A stretch of DNA of 64,000 bases from contig CM114271.1 of the NCBI GenBank assembly GCA_050084515.1, positions 24,738,001 to 24,802,000 on the forward strand. The letters are read 5' to 3'. Below are positions 24,850-39,122 of the stretch, piece after piece (position 1 is the stretch's first letter; each line of letters opens with the position of its first letter). The notes below the pieces were generated by a model. That model was not told the DNA's origin, searched no databases, and worked only from the letters and a program-made list of their open reading frames with translations. Both the position numbers and the translations under genes were made by a program. The DNA comes from Blasia pusilla (taxonomy: Eukaryota).

Positions 24850-27800
24850 TCTTATTACCTATTGTAGATAATGCAACACTAGTTAGGACTAGTGAGTGGA
24901 TCGTGCAATGCATGATCCACTCCACGATCCCATAACCCTAAACGCCCCATTACGCCACCTGAATGCCCCCCTACCCGAATGCCCATGCCACGCGTTGTAC
25001 ATTATGGGTTCAAAGGACAATTGGTGATCTCTCCGGTGTCGCCATTTGAAAATCACTCCTCTGATAATAATATAGATATAGTTGACAATGCGAAGAGACA
25101 CTTGTGAGCAAGTACAACCCTATATTTTGTAAAGTTAGGCTTTGTGACTTATTAATAGTCATAGCAAAGGCGGGGCAAATGGGGAATTTGAATCTCCTCA
25201 AATTAAATGGTAAGCCAAAGTCACTTGTAATGAAGGGGATACCGAAATTGAAAATTCTAGCGCCAATGTTTTTCCCAATCAGAATTTCTACTTCTAGAAT
25301 TGACCGTGTCAAGCCACACGCAACCAATTGAGTCCCGTTTGCTTCTACTTCCAACCCATTCATATTTTGTAAAAGCATGATTGGGGCACCAATTTGTAAG
25401 ATGAGAGAATGCAAAGGCAACCCATAAGAGAGACATGTGTTCAAGAACTCAGTTGGATAGAAATGACTCATGTCATTATCTAAGATTGAGTCAAAACTTA
25501 AGTATGTGTGTTCCTACATACACACCATAAGATTACACAAAACATAAGTGACATCCTAACACATAAAAGGATTATGATAGAAACCAAAAAAAAAACGCAA
25601 GAAATAAGAATGATTGGATAGGACCTCTTCATGGAATCGAGACATAACCTCAACATTGATGGCATCAACATCTTTGTTCCTTGGAGTCAAAATAGTGGCA
25701 TCTCTTAAAAATCCTACATTTCCGAACAAATGAGGATGAGGTCCACATATAGTGTCGATGAGGTCATTGATCTTGTCAGTCTTACAAACCATGTTAATAA
25801 ATAATCTAATGATGTCTTATCCTAAGTGAGGGTGATGTGGTACACAGTCTTCTATAACCTCTAACAACCAATCAACAAATGCTATTTGTTCAACACGGGC
25901 CTTCCCTTCCAAATTATGCACTCTTATATTTGTTGTGAGTTTGAATATCCTTACATAAGACCATAAGTGAGATCGTTTGACCTTGGCTTGAAATTTTGTT
26001 GGTCGTTGACCATGACAAACCATAGGAAGAACTTATCAAGAATCACCACCAAAGATGATAAGTTTCCCTCCAAAGGGCACATCGAGTAAGTTTGGGGAGG
26101 CGCCCCCTAAAAATCTTGTAGAGCTCGATTCACTATCTCAAGCCTCATCCCAAATTAACAATGTAACCGTCTAGGTGATATGTGCCTCATCACTATTGAG
26201 GGAGATCCGACATGTGGAGCTTTCATCAACGTTTAGGGAGGATATTAAATTGTGAGTGAGCGGTCCGTCCACCTTGTAGTAACAATGTTGCAATTCCAAA
26301 ATGAAGAAACATCCAAAGAAATACCTCCTTAAGAACGACCACTTGCAAAAATGAGATTTAATAAAAAGGTCTTTCTCGTTCCACCAAGGCTATCGATGAA
26401 ATTTTTTTATCAAGGAATGGAACCATCGCGAATATTTTGAATCTCAATATATACATTATCCCAAATAATTTGTTAGCCTTCATTGAGTTGCGAATGTCAA
26501 AGTATTACTTGTTGTATAAGTTCATTAGTGGCAAATATGCACTCCTCTTGTTCAATCCGTGATGGCATGGAGGTATGAGTATGGAAACTCGGTTGAGGCA
26601 TATCAGGAAATGCTGAAAGTGATAATGCCTTGATCTTGATCTTGCTGAAAGTGATTTTCCTTGATCTTGCAAGTGATAATGCATTTCTAATAATGTAATA
26701 TTAATAATAGTGGAATCCAAGTGAATATCAAGAATTCATGTTTTCTGAATCATGTAAAGGAGGAAATTTGAAAGTACAAAAAGAAGGGAGAATGAAAAGA
26801 ATTGGTAATATGGTAAGTATAAGGAACAAATATGTCGTTGCCTCCATAAAATATCCTCAATTGAGTGGTACTAACTTTTTTCCCACAATGCAGTTGGTTG
26901 AGTAGGAGTGTTGCAGGCTAAAATGGCGACAAAGAGTTCACAAAGTGAGGGGCCAGTACAACTCGTTGAAGCCTTGTTGAAGTAAGAAAAATCCTCATTT
27001 TCATCCTTAAGATGCTTAATTGAATAGGAACTTCCTTAAAGGATGGATATAATACTCCATCAACTCTTCACACATCTTCGGAAGTGGTTGATCCTCGAAC
27101 ATGATGTAGAAGAAATTGTAGCCAATGACATTCTCCTTCCCCTACATATACATGAACATGAGACAAAATTTTAAATCTATGCAAAAAAATTTACATATAA
27201 AGGAACTAATAACATACAAAATAAGTGTTGTAGAGTAGTAGCTACATGGATGAGTGAGATACAAGCGTCCAATAGGTCATCCGTAACCTTTATTCCCTCA
27301 AATTCAACGGTGCCATTTCTTTTTCCTCCAAAAGTAGAAAGGAGGGAATTAAGATAAGAATATGCATGAGCATGAGCATCACTTTCATTTCTTGCAAACC
27401 ATTTTGTAAGGGTGGTCTCTGAGTTTCTTGACAAGATCACTTCATGTGCCTCTTGGTCATTATTATAGACTATTTGTGCATCCAAAAGATGAACTTCAAG
27501 CCAAATAATACTTGGTATCTCTTTTTGCAACAAAAATTTGCATAATCTCCAATATATTTCAGAATATGTTATATATATATATATATATATATATAAGAAG
27601 AAAATAAATTAGTAAGCCAATACGCATGTGTTAGCATAAATAGACATAATTGCATCAAACTATCTGAAATATTAGTAACTTGCATCAAAATATTGTGTTG
27701 TCTCATCAATAGATGAGGAAGTCACTTATGGAAGTGTGGTATTTGATAATCCAAAGGAGATCACATCAGAGCCATTATATACATAATTCTAAAAGCATTT

Positions 27801-29780
27801 CACAACAGATATACTATTGATGATCTCCAAATTGATACAACAATCAAGAAGGGTACGTACAAGGGAGAGGATTATATGGCACAATCCATAAATTATCTCG
27901 AGGGTTTCCATGTTTCCTAATTGTGGCTCATTATCCAACCTAATATGAAGCCCAAGAAGAAGAAAAAAAAAGTAAAAATGCAATGAACAATATATCATGC
28001 ATAATATAAGACTTTGCATATATGAAATGAAAAGAGTTATATCGGTAGAAAAAACCTTCGATATATGGGATACCCATCTTCAGGTTTAGTAGTGAAGCTT
28101 GCAAGAAGCTTTGGGAATCCTTTCGTACAATTTTTTTTATTGTATCTGTACATGGGGTAGTGGGATTCACGTGCCCACATGAACCATGCATCATGCAAGT
28201 GAAAATCGTAGAGTATAGATTTGGATGACTTGTTGGATTAGGGATCTTTGCATAAATAACTGCATCAAATTCACCACTTGAATGCAATTTGTCTTTAGGC
28301 AAAATATTGATCAAAACATAAACATGTGGTAAACCCCTCTTATGGAACTTCACAATATGGATGCATCCCAAAACTTGTCCCAAAACATGCTTCTTCAATA
28401 TAAGGTGTGATAACTCCCCTTTTTTTCCTCAAATAATTGGACAACTACATATGGTCGATCATCGGCAATTTGACTAGATAATAGAGCCGACGTTATCTCC
28501 TCCTATTTCACATTATATGTCATTTTCAAAAAGTGGCCAGACTTGCCAAAGTATCTAACAATCGCCATTGCATTTTGATATAATTGTTACATGTGATGTG
28601 GACCCCACTAAAAGAAGATAGCAAAACAAAGTGACGACCGAATGTTCTCACATCCTCATCATTCCTATGAATAAAATCCTTCATACTTTAATATAATTCA
28701 GCACGCATTTCCTTTTGGTTTAAATGGATCCATAACAGTTGTTGCATATCAATAGTGGCATACATATCCACCATATAGTCGTATGTCAATCAATCCAAGC
28801 GTAACAATCGGTTATTATCTTTAGAAGAAAGTCGAGTTTGAAGGCGGAAATGCAAAAAATCTCAAAGCAAGGACATATTTATGATTTGATGTCATACAAT
28901 GATTATTCCAATAATTATCGTAATGATATTCTTCCATGAAGTTCTCACTCATATCACTATGATTATGGATGTTTTCTTCTCTCGAATTGGATTGATTCCT
29001 TATAGGTATACCTAGATGCCAACCTGCCTCGTCATAAGTAAAAATGAGAACAAAATTTAGGGGTATATAGGCCTCATTCAAGTAAAATATTTGGTGCACT
29101 TCTCCTCTATGCAGTCGTACAACATTATCACCTTTATCAATTCCTTTGAAGCCATCACTTGGTGGAATTGCTACAGCCTTGGAATCCTTAGACAAGGTAT
29201 AACTTTTGGCCTAACAACCTCTCTTGATGGCATTCAAGAATATATGCACATTTGTAATAGTTGTATCATGTGCAAATTTGCCAAAATCTTTGAACACAAG
29301 GATTAATGTCATGTAATATTATTTGAAGACCTCTTAAGGTATCAAGACAAAGATCATGATCTAAAAGATCATTCAAGATTTTAAATTGGAAGATCCGTAT
29401 CATGAATATAAATTTGAGCAAATTCTGTGCACTCATCAAAAGGCAGATGGAGTGAGCCAATGAAATGATAAATTCCACCTTGAATCTTGATATTTCCATT
29501 ATCTCCTAGTTGTTCCAGTATATGCATGTCAGTTGAATCCAATTGTAAGGATGAATTATAAGCTCGAGATTTTTTTAGAAAATGCATACTTTGAGCACAA
29601 TCTCCTGACATCAACTGTAATAAAAAAGGAGGAGGTGCCTTTAATAATGGGAGTTTAATTTTCCCATGTTCACAACATATTCGAAAAAGGTAGTTCCGAT
29701 ACTTGTGTGTTTTTTTTAACCTTTTCAGACTTCCAATATAGTATAGAGTAAAAAACACACACATCTATCATAAGGTCGAT
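24850..29780 (-). pseudogene. Helitron Rep/PIF1-helicase (RepHel), heavily degraded
   Basis: N-terminal motifs: CCEHGKIKLP, RAYNSS, IQGGIYHFIGSL, FAQIYIHD. Rep motifs: KFHKRGLPHVYVLI (HUH) and MMHGSCG. Helicase motifs: FIDSLGGTRKTFLL, IWDEA, PFGGKLIIFGGD, ILTPRNKDVDAIN, GAPIMLLQN, FPICPAFAMTINKSQ, SHCQLY/VALS. Many stops and frameshifts. Confidence 0.95.
24879..25076 (-). mobile_element. Non-autonomous mini-Helitron (198 bp) nested in the RepHel helicase motif
   Basis: 5' TCTATATTATTAT at 25076. Hairpin gagtggatcgtgca/tgcatgatccactc at 24894-24922 lies 11 nt from the terminal CTAG (24879-24882). A|T target with no TSD. Confidence 0.92.
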
Positions 29781-30019
29781 TGAATACCGTCCACTTATAG
29801 AGTGAATATTTTGGCAAAGACCAAGCTTGAAGCTATCAAATTCTTGGAAGTTTCAATTGCGAGAAATGTTCAAATATTTCCTCCTATTTCAATACACACA
29901 GCTTTTCTACACGGAGCAAACTATTCCGCCTTTTTTCCTCTACATGAACAACCTTTCAAAAATCACGAATAGTAATAAGGTTTGATGGAATGGGAAGCCT
30001 GCATGGAAAAACACAATTA

Positions 30020-31540
30020 TGGTTAATATATGCATTCTCACTTAGTCTCCTACTTAAACTTGTGGAAAGGGCAAGGAAAATAATTGAAGGCGACGAAAGA
30101 GGAATGTGAAGTTAGGAAGCATATGTGAGAGATTGAAAAAATGGGGCTGCTTCACATTTGGCAGGCATACATTTTTGCATTTGAGCATGACCACGAAGAG
30201 TATACCGCAAATCTCTAGTATCCTGTGTGTATGAAGACTTAGGTAGTCTACAATGGAGATGAATGTGATGCTCTGGATGAAACATTTATGAGAAAGGATG
30301 GATCCTAAAAAATGAAAGAACGTAATAGAAGCTATATATGCAAAGAATAACTTATGACTGAGATGGAACATCACCAATGGAAGTCGAGATTAGACAATTT
30401 GGAACACTACATCCACAAAATTTCATAATTTTTTCATGTAAAATATTATTTTATTTTATTTATTTATATTGGAATGGTTTAGAGAACCTTCTTAGGCACA
30501 CTCTTGCTGAACTTTGTGGTAAGGAGGAAAAAATAGAAGGCAAAGAAACATAAGTTTAAGTTAGGAAGTGTACATGACTGTTGGACAAAATGGTGGAGCA
30601 TCTTCTTATGCTAGAGCACGTCTTCTCATGCGAGTCTTACCATGAAGTACCTTTGGAAAATCTCGAAGCTCTTTGGGATGTGGTGGAATAGGTAGGTTGA
30701 AAAGAATGTACATGTTAAGACATGCAAGATTGATACATGTACATAGAATGCTTACCATAATTAAAGAACATACCAAATTGTATGCATGGAAAGAACAACT
30801 CACGTGAGAGATGGAACATAAGAAAGACTCTCATGATTGGAAGGATTAGGAAGCATGCATGGAGGAGGAATAAAAAATGCCATGTAAGAGAATACTGCAA
30901 TGGTTAAAAATAGCACATGCACTCACTTAGTTTCCATACGTTGAGGTAAAGGTCTTCAATAAAATGCAAAGATAAGTTATTTTGAAGTTGAAAATTATAC
31001 ATGGGATGTGGAGAAAGTAGGGGAGGAGGTTGTCGTGCGACTCCATGTCTTCTCATATGAGCTTGGGCATGAAGAACCTTCTTAATATCTCGAAGGCCTT
31101 TTGGGTGTGAAGGAATCTATAGTTTGCAAAGAAGTGGATGTTATGGAATGGAGGAATGATATGTGATGATAGGTTAATTGGTTTGCAAAATAGATGTACT
31201 TTACATTATCTATATATGAAAAGAGGAACTTATGAAGCTTGTGCGCATAAACACATACGTAAGTGTTACATAAAAATGCATGGGTATGTGTAACATATGA
31301 GGTCTTACTCATGGCCCCTGTATACCTTGTAGTAGAGGAAAAACTACAAGACAAAGTATGGGATATTAGCAAGCATACACAACAAAAAGGACAAAAAGGG
31401 ACGCATCTTCTTGTGCATAGCACATCTTCTAATCTCAGCCTCAACATGAAGAACCTTTTGAAAATCTCCAATGTCTATAGGGTTGGAAGGAATAGGTAGC
31501 CTGCAAAAACAATGCATGTTAGAGTGTGGAATATTCATTA
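30020..31540. repeat. Degenerate tandem repeat, about 4 units of roughly 400-450 bp, upstream of RepHel
   Basis: Recurring blocks (ctcacttagt, gttaggaag, gcatcttctt, catgaagaacct/catgaagtacct, gagatggaacat) near 30040, 30550, 30920 and 31400. Confidence 0.55.
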
Positions 31541-32350
31541 CAAAGGATTAGTTATTACACAAATTAGAGCAACATAACATTTAGTCTAATGAATGGAAAT
31601 GGAGATGGAACGAATTCATGACATTGTTGTAACACAAGAGCGTGACATATTCTTTGATCTATGGCTCATTTTTCCTTGCTTGATGTAGATGATAAAATAT
31701 TTGTAATGTTGTACAATAGTGGTCTTATAAGGTCATCCATATTTTACTCAGGGCACCTAGTGAAATATTACAATAGCAAACATATGTCAATTCATGGAAG
31801 AAGACCTCGTGATAGAAAAAAAATTAGAAAAATGTCAAAATTATAGGGATTTTCAGTAATTGAACAATATCAGAAAATTTCCTTACAGTAGGTAGGGTTA
31901 ATTTTCTGATTTTGTTCAATTAAATTAACCTTACCTACTATAAGGAAATTTCCATAACGGTCTTTCTATCCCTAACCATTTCATCCCAAACCCTTAATTA
32001 TGTAGGATTAACCATGTTGCACCCAATCACGTTAGCCCCTTCCGAAAATCCTAGAGCGGCTATGTCAATGCCGCTAGAGCGATTGCAGCAAAGAGCACAA
32101 ATGGGGAGAAGAGAGGGGACGGGGAGAGAGTAGACTGGCAGAGGGAGGGCAAACTCACTTGCTACCTTGTAACAGCGGAGATGTAGGGAAGGGGGACAAC
32201 TGTGCAGTAATGTGCGCGGTTGGTTGGGATCGATGACTCGAGGCGAGTGAGGGAGCTCTCATTGACTTCGAGTACAAGCAATTGGGGCAGTGAGCAAACA
32301 TGGTTGCATAATCAGAGTAAGGAGACAACGTCCATATGCAATCGGGGCAC

Positions 32351-32352
<2 letters not shown>

Positions 32353-32424
<72 letters not shown>
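32353..32424. repeat. (GA)n microsatellite
   Basis: Perfect GA run. Confidence 0.98.
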
Positions 32425-32426
<2 letters not shown>

Positions 32427-32732
32427 GACTTCATAGACGGCTAAATCATGACACAATTTGGCCGAAAACAAATAGTTGGAACGATCCGACTGAAGAAATG
32501 AATAGCCCCCACTTGGAACTGCCCCCAAATCCATCCATTTGCAAGTAAAGATGCAAGTACAATACTATCAAAAATGTTGTGGCCGTGGATAAAATTTCTT
32601 AGTCATTAAAAATATGAACAAGGACAAAAAGAGGCACTTCCCTAAATAATAAAGACTTTGATTGAAAACAGGAACACTAAACACATTAGCACTTGGTAGA
32701 AGATGATGCACGCCAGTACTTGTAAGAGCAAA

Positions 32733-32936
32733 CTAGTGTCCCTCGCTATGCACAGGAAATAAAAAAGCTTTTGTTAGTGTAGAACCTGTGAAGGGAAGGG
32801 ATGAATGATGTTGCACACAAATTTTATTTTTTCTTTCTGCCGGTACTATGTAAAACATTTTCTTGTTGTCGAGTTGCCATGTGTCAAACATAGAGGCAAT
32901 TGAAATCAAGAAGGCACTCTCCCATAATAACATAGA
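32733..32936 (-). mobile_element. Non-autonomous mini-Helitron (204 bp); may also mark the 5' end of the large Helitron
   Basis: 5' TCTATGTTATTATGGGAGAGTGCC, 3' CTAG with a decayed hairpin, A|T target. Confidence 0.75.
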
Positions 32937-33307
32937 TTGCAAATGTAAAAGTCTTTAATGAGGATTGACATTTTTTTTGAAGGAAAAATATAAGCACGCC
33001 TGTCCGTGTCAGAACTAATCTGAATGTAAAAGTCATGGATAATTTTTTTTGCATACATATCGCTACACGATACACATCACTGGTCACATCCACACCACAC
33101 AACACTAATCTTCCCAACATACGGGTAGATCCACACATACAAGAAATGAACTCATGCATATACACCGAGACCACACAACAAAATCAAAGTACAAACGCTC
33201 ACGTGGCCTAAAAATCCAAGTTCTTGAATCCTAAACTTGGACCAAATATCCAGGTTTCCTTCTTGGACCCTAAACGTGAACTTGCCACAAATGACGTTTT
33301 CGGCGTA

Positions 33308-33425
33308 ATGGACTAGTCGTCAACCTTATCCGACATCTCAGGAAAAAGTTATACCCAAATCGCTTGCTTAATCCTCTATACCGTCGACGTGGTAGAACTC
33401 TACATGTCGGCTGACTAAGATTTGA
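33308..33425. repeat. ~118-bp dispersed repeat, copy 3 of 3
   Basis: atggac..aaccttatccgacat..gtcgacgtggtagaactctacatgtcggctgactaaga. Confidence 0.85.
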
Positions 33426-34478
33426 CAATGAGGACTGGGGCGTATATTTTTGAATGATTTATTATTAGTGTACCTCCTTTCAAAATTGATTAATATAGAA
33501 AGATACCAATTTACCAGTGAAATTTGGTCATGTTTGAAGCCTTTGGATAGGCTGCAACAAGAGCAACCCCCTTCAGAATGGGGACTAACGCACTTAATAG
33601 TATGGTATGGTATAAGAAAAGCAGTACGAGAGTAAGATTCTAGAATTCCCTTTAGTAAAGGGTGAAGTAGGGAGGATATTATGTGTCTCTTTTTGAAAAA
33701 ATTTATGGCCCCTATAGAAAGTCGAGTTTGAGTGCATAGGTTGTAGAATACAAGTTATTATGCAGCTTGTGCACCCTCGATGTGAATTTGTCTATGGTTA
33801 GATGGATAGAAATGCATTTAGGGTGTTAATGATTCACACGTGAGTAAATAAATTAAATCGACACGACTCTTCTTGGTTGTGGCCGTGTTTCTCTCATGCG
33901 GAGCATTACTCTCCGAACCCTCTTCCTCTTGCTGTATTATTCTCCCCGAGTCTGAGTGTTGCGGAGCAGGGTCCGGGGAATTTTGTAACGAGAGGGGGTA
34001 AGTTTATTGTAAATGGTTGAATATATCGGTAATTTGAAAAGTTTAACCGGTTTCAAAAGGTAACATTTGAAATCCCCGGCCAATTTATGGGTGTTTTTTT
34101 TCATTTTTCCGTTATTTTCCGAAAATTTATTTTTTTCCACAGTTCATTTCCGATCACCGGAATGTTGTTAGGTCGATATCCGGGATTTTCAAAACCAACC
34201 GGAAAAAAAATTCTCGGCCCGTTTTGGACTTCAACCTCTTTTGAACTTCTTTTCTAGTAGACTTCAACTCTTTTGGAATCATGACTTCATCTTTAATGTA
34301 GAGATTTATTTTAGATTATTTTTTCGCAAAATCATCCTTGGCAGGAATTGAACCGGGCTAGGCCTCCCACCAGTCGGGAGCCAAGGATCTTTCCCCTCCA
34401 TAATACATTGAAGCTTTTGAAGAAAAGCTTCAATGTATTAGAAAAGGGACCCCTAACCCTAAACTTTCCCCCCTCATC

Positions 34479-36376
34479 TTACACATCCACAACAACTTCA
34501 CTTGGGTCTATAACATCTAAATTTACACGGACCTCTGGTGGAATTTCTATCTCATAAACATATCTCTCAGGATTGGCATACACATACCTAAAGTGTGCAG
34601 AATTCTTCCAAAGAACTACACATTCAACCAACAAAGCTACACAATCATCTATTTTCCCCTCTAAGGCAATCCTAAGAATAACATCCAAATGCTTTGTCAA
34701 TAATCTATTCCTACTTTTAGTCTTAATCATATCCTGCATAGAGAAGACTCTCTCGCAAATAGCAATACTAACACATTGTACCTAGCAATGTTGTCTAAAA
34801 TGAGCAAGTTAGAGAACTTACGTTGCAAGGACGGGCTCCAACTTACCATAGCCCACAAGTCCTTGAAGTTTCGATCTTTCCACTCCGTGGTGGCCATAAG
34901 CTTAAATGATTGAAACTCTTGTTTCACGGCTGCTACACTCAGTAAAGAAGGTTGCAAGTGACCTTTGAAGGGTAAGTCCGTCCCAAAATGTGCACAGAGG
35001 TCATATAATTCCTTACAACCCCAGCTCTTAAGTCCCACTTGCCTTGAAGGCATGTGTAGAGGATTCATCATCCTCATAGCACTAATCAAATTGTTATCCT
35101 TAAACCGATCTTGTAAAACTACACAAACACTCTCAGAAAAACTCTTTTGAAACAACAAGGCAGCCTCTAAATCCTTCCCGGTCCGATTCCTCAATATTTC
35201 AATACTATGAAACTTTATGCCCCTAATCTCACACTGTAAACGTTTCAAATATCCACCTGGAGGACCAAAGTTTGGTAGAATGTGATAACCAGTTTCTTTA
35301 GAGAAAGTTGAGGCATTCAGATCAAGGTTCTCCATTACAAAATTCATTGTTATGGAAGCTATTTCAGAAGTCACTATACTACCTATGGTACTAACATCTA
35401 CAAACTTATATTGGAACACCTTACTCAAGTTAGCAAGAAGAAACAAAATATCTACCAAAAAGTACAGTTGATACATCATCTGAAATGATCTGAGTTTGTT
35501 ATACAAATTTGCAGCATTACCATCATCTTTCAAGGGCGAGATATCTCTGAAATATGCAAGGACAGATTCCAATGAGTCACATAAAGTAGTAACAGCGTGC
35601 CAACGTGACAACCAACAAATCTTGTGGTACCTCTTCATCACTTTCTGAGTATCGTTCAACTTCTCTTGCAAAGTTGCAAGACCACACTTCCTCTTGGACA
35701 ACCTTCTAAAATATCGAGCTATTGCATTCAAGATTGAATATACTTCTATAAATATTTCCTCACACCCTACACCTTTTGATGTTGTCAAAGCAGCGAGGTT
35801 TGTCCTGTGCGCCACACAATGCATAGACAACATAAAAGGATTTAACTTCTGTTTCAGCTGAGATGCTACTCCGTTTTGGCTTCCTACCATAGTAGAAGCT
35901 TCATCAGATCCAAAGGCCACCAATTTTGATCCCTCTAGTCCCGAATCCTTTATCAACTCCAACAAATTGTTAGTGATTGCGTTCGAACATTTCTCTGGAC
36001 ATTGTAGCCATCCTATAAAACAAATCTCTACCTGGCCCTCATCTAAGTAAGTTGCAAATACAACAAGGTGTCTAGTGAGAGATATCTCTGTGGACTTGTC
36101 AATCATTATCCCAAAGAAAGGAGATTGTCGCACTTTAGAAAGGTTCCTCATGAGAAGAACTTGGCTAATATAATAACACATATCAGCACAACTTTTTTCA
36201 TCTTGGCACAAGTCGCGGGTTATAGGTGCATTCACAGAAATCAATAACTTACACAGATTTGAGAACTTTGAAAATGGCAAGGTTTCCTTTGCAACGAAAT
36301 ATGCACATTTGAATAGAGTCAAGAGTGCAAGATCACAAGTCCGATTTGTAGTGGTCCGATTTGTAGTGGCCAACAT
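34479..36376 (-). pseudogene. hAT transposase (ZNF862-like, with C-terminal dimerisation domain), frameshifted and 5'-truncated
   Basis: 549-aa ORF with FGIMIDKSTEIS, FGSDEASTMVG, MHCVAHRTNLA and CWLSRW. After a frameshift near 34780 it continues QCVSIAICERVFSMQDMIKTKSRNRL. Confidence 0.9.
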
Positions 36377-36381
36377 AAACC

Positions 36382-38210
<1,829 letters not shown>

Positions 38211-39122
38211 TGGCAGCTTGCCCTAAGATGGAGGGCTTCGATTTAATCCAGAATTTTTAGTTTATCGGCAGAGGGAAACTTATGCGGCAGCAAACCGGAA
38301 CGAACTTTATGATTGGCAGCCAAAATCCGGATAGCATGTCGCCGGAACTACGCACTTCCGTCACATATACCCCGAAATTCAGGAGAAAACCGCCTTATCC
38401 CTTTCCGGCCAGCAGTTTTTTCGGGATACCTCCAAGCCCTATCGGAATTGCATCCGGGCTTCCTTGAATTTTCCCAGAATTCCCTCAATTTTCCCGGCTA
38501 GGTCAACACGTAACCCCGGTTCTGCCCATTCATTGTTGCGGAGGCTGCAAGTTATTCTTTCTTTTTCTAACCCTTTCTAGTTTCGGTTGCCCTCTGAACC
38601 CTCTTCCTCCGACACTATTAGTCTCCGGCAGAGTCTAAGATCCAGAGTCCGAACTCTGAAGCCAAAATCCATAGTGGTTTTTGAGCCATATGAATTTTAT
38701 CCAGTAAAATTGCTTATAAATTAATTATCAATTAAAATTTAATTTTGAAGAATATGAAATTTTGCAACATGCTATCAAAACCTACTCTTGATCCCATAGA
38801 CAGAGCCATTATAGCGATTCTTGTGCCGGGCAAGAACACGAACGAGGAAGGGTTTTTCTCCTAGAAGAACACAGTGTGAGTTATCCTGTCGGATCACCCT
38901 CTCCGTCCGTCCATCGTCCACCACCTTCAAGATCCCCAGAGTAGAGGACAGGAGTTCCGTCCGCATTCCCACTTTGCGTGGCACCCTCGTTCTCTTCTTC
39001 TTCTGGGGGTTCTCGCGTTGCGTGGCTCTGCAGAATTGGAAAATCCCACAAGGACTGACTGTTGCGCGAGGGCGGAACATAAAGAGGGAGGAGGACGAGG
39101 AGGACGAGTGGAGTAGCTCTCA

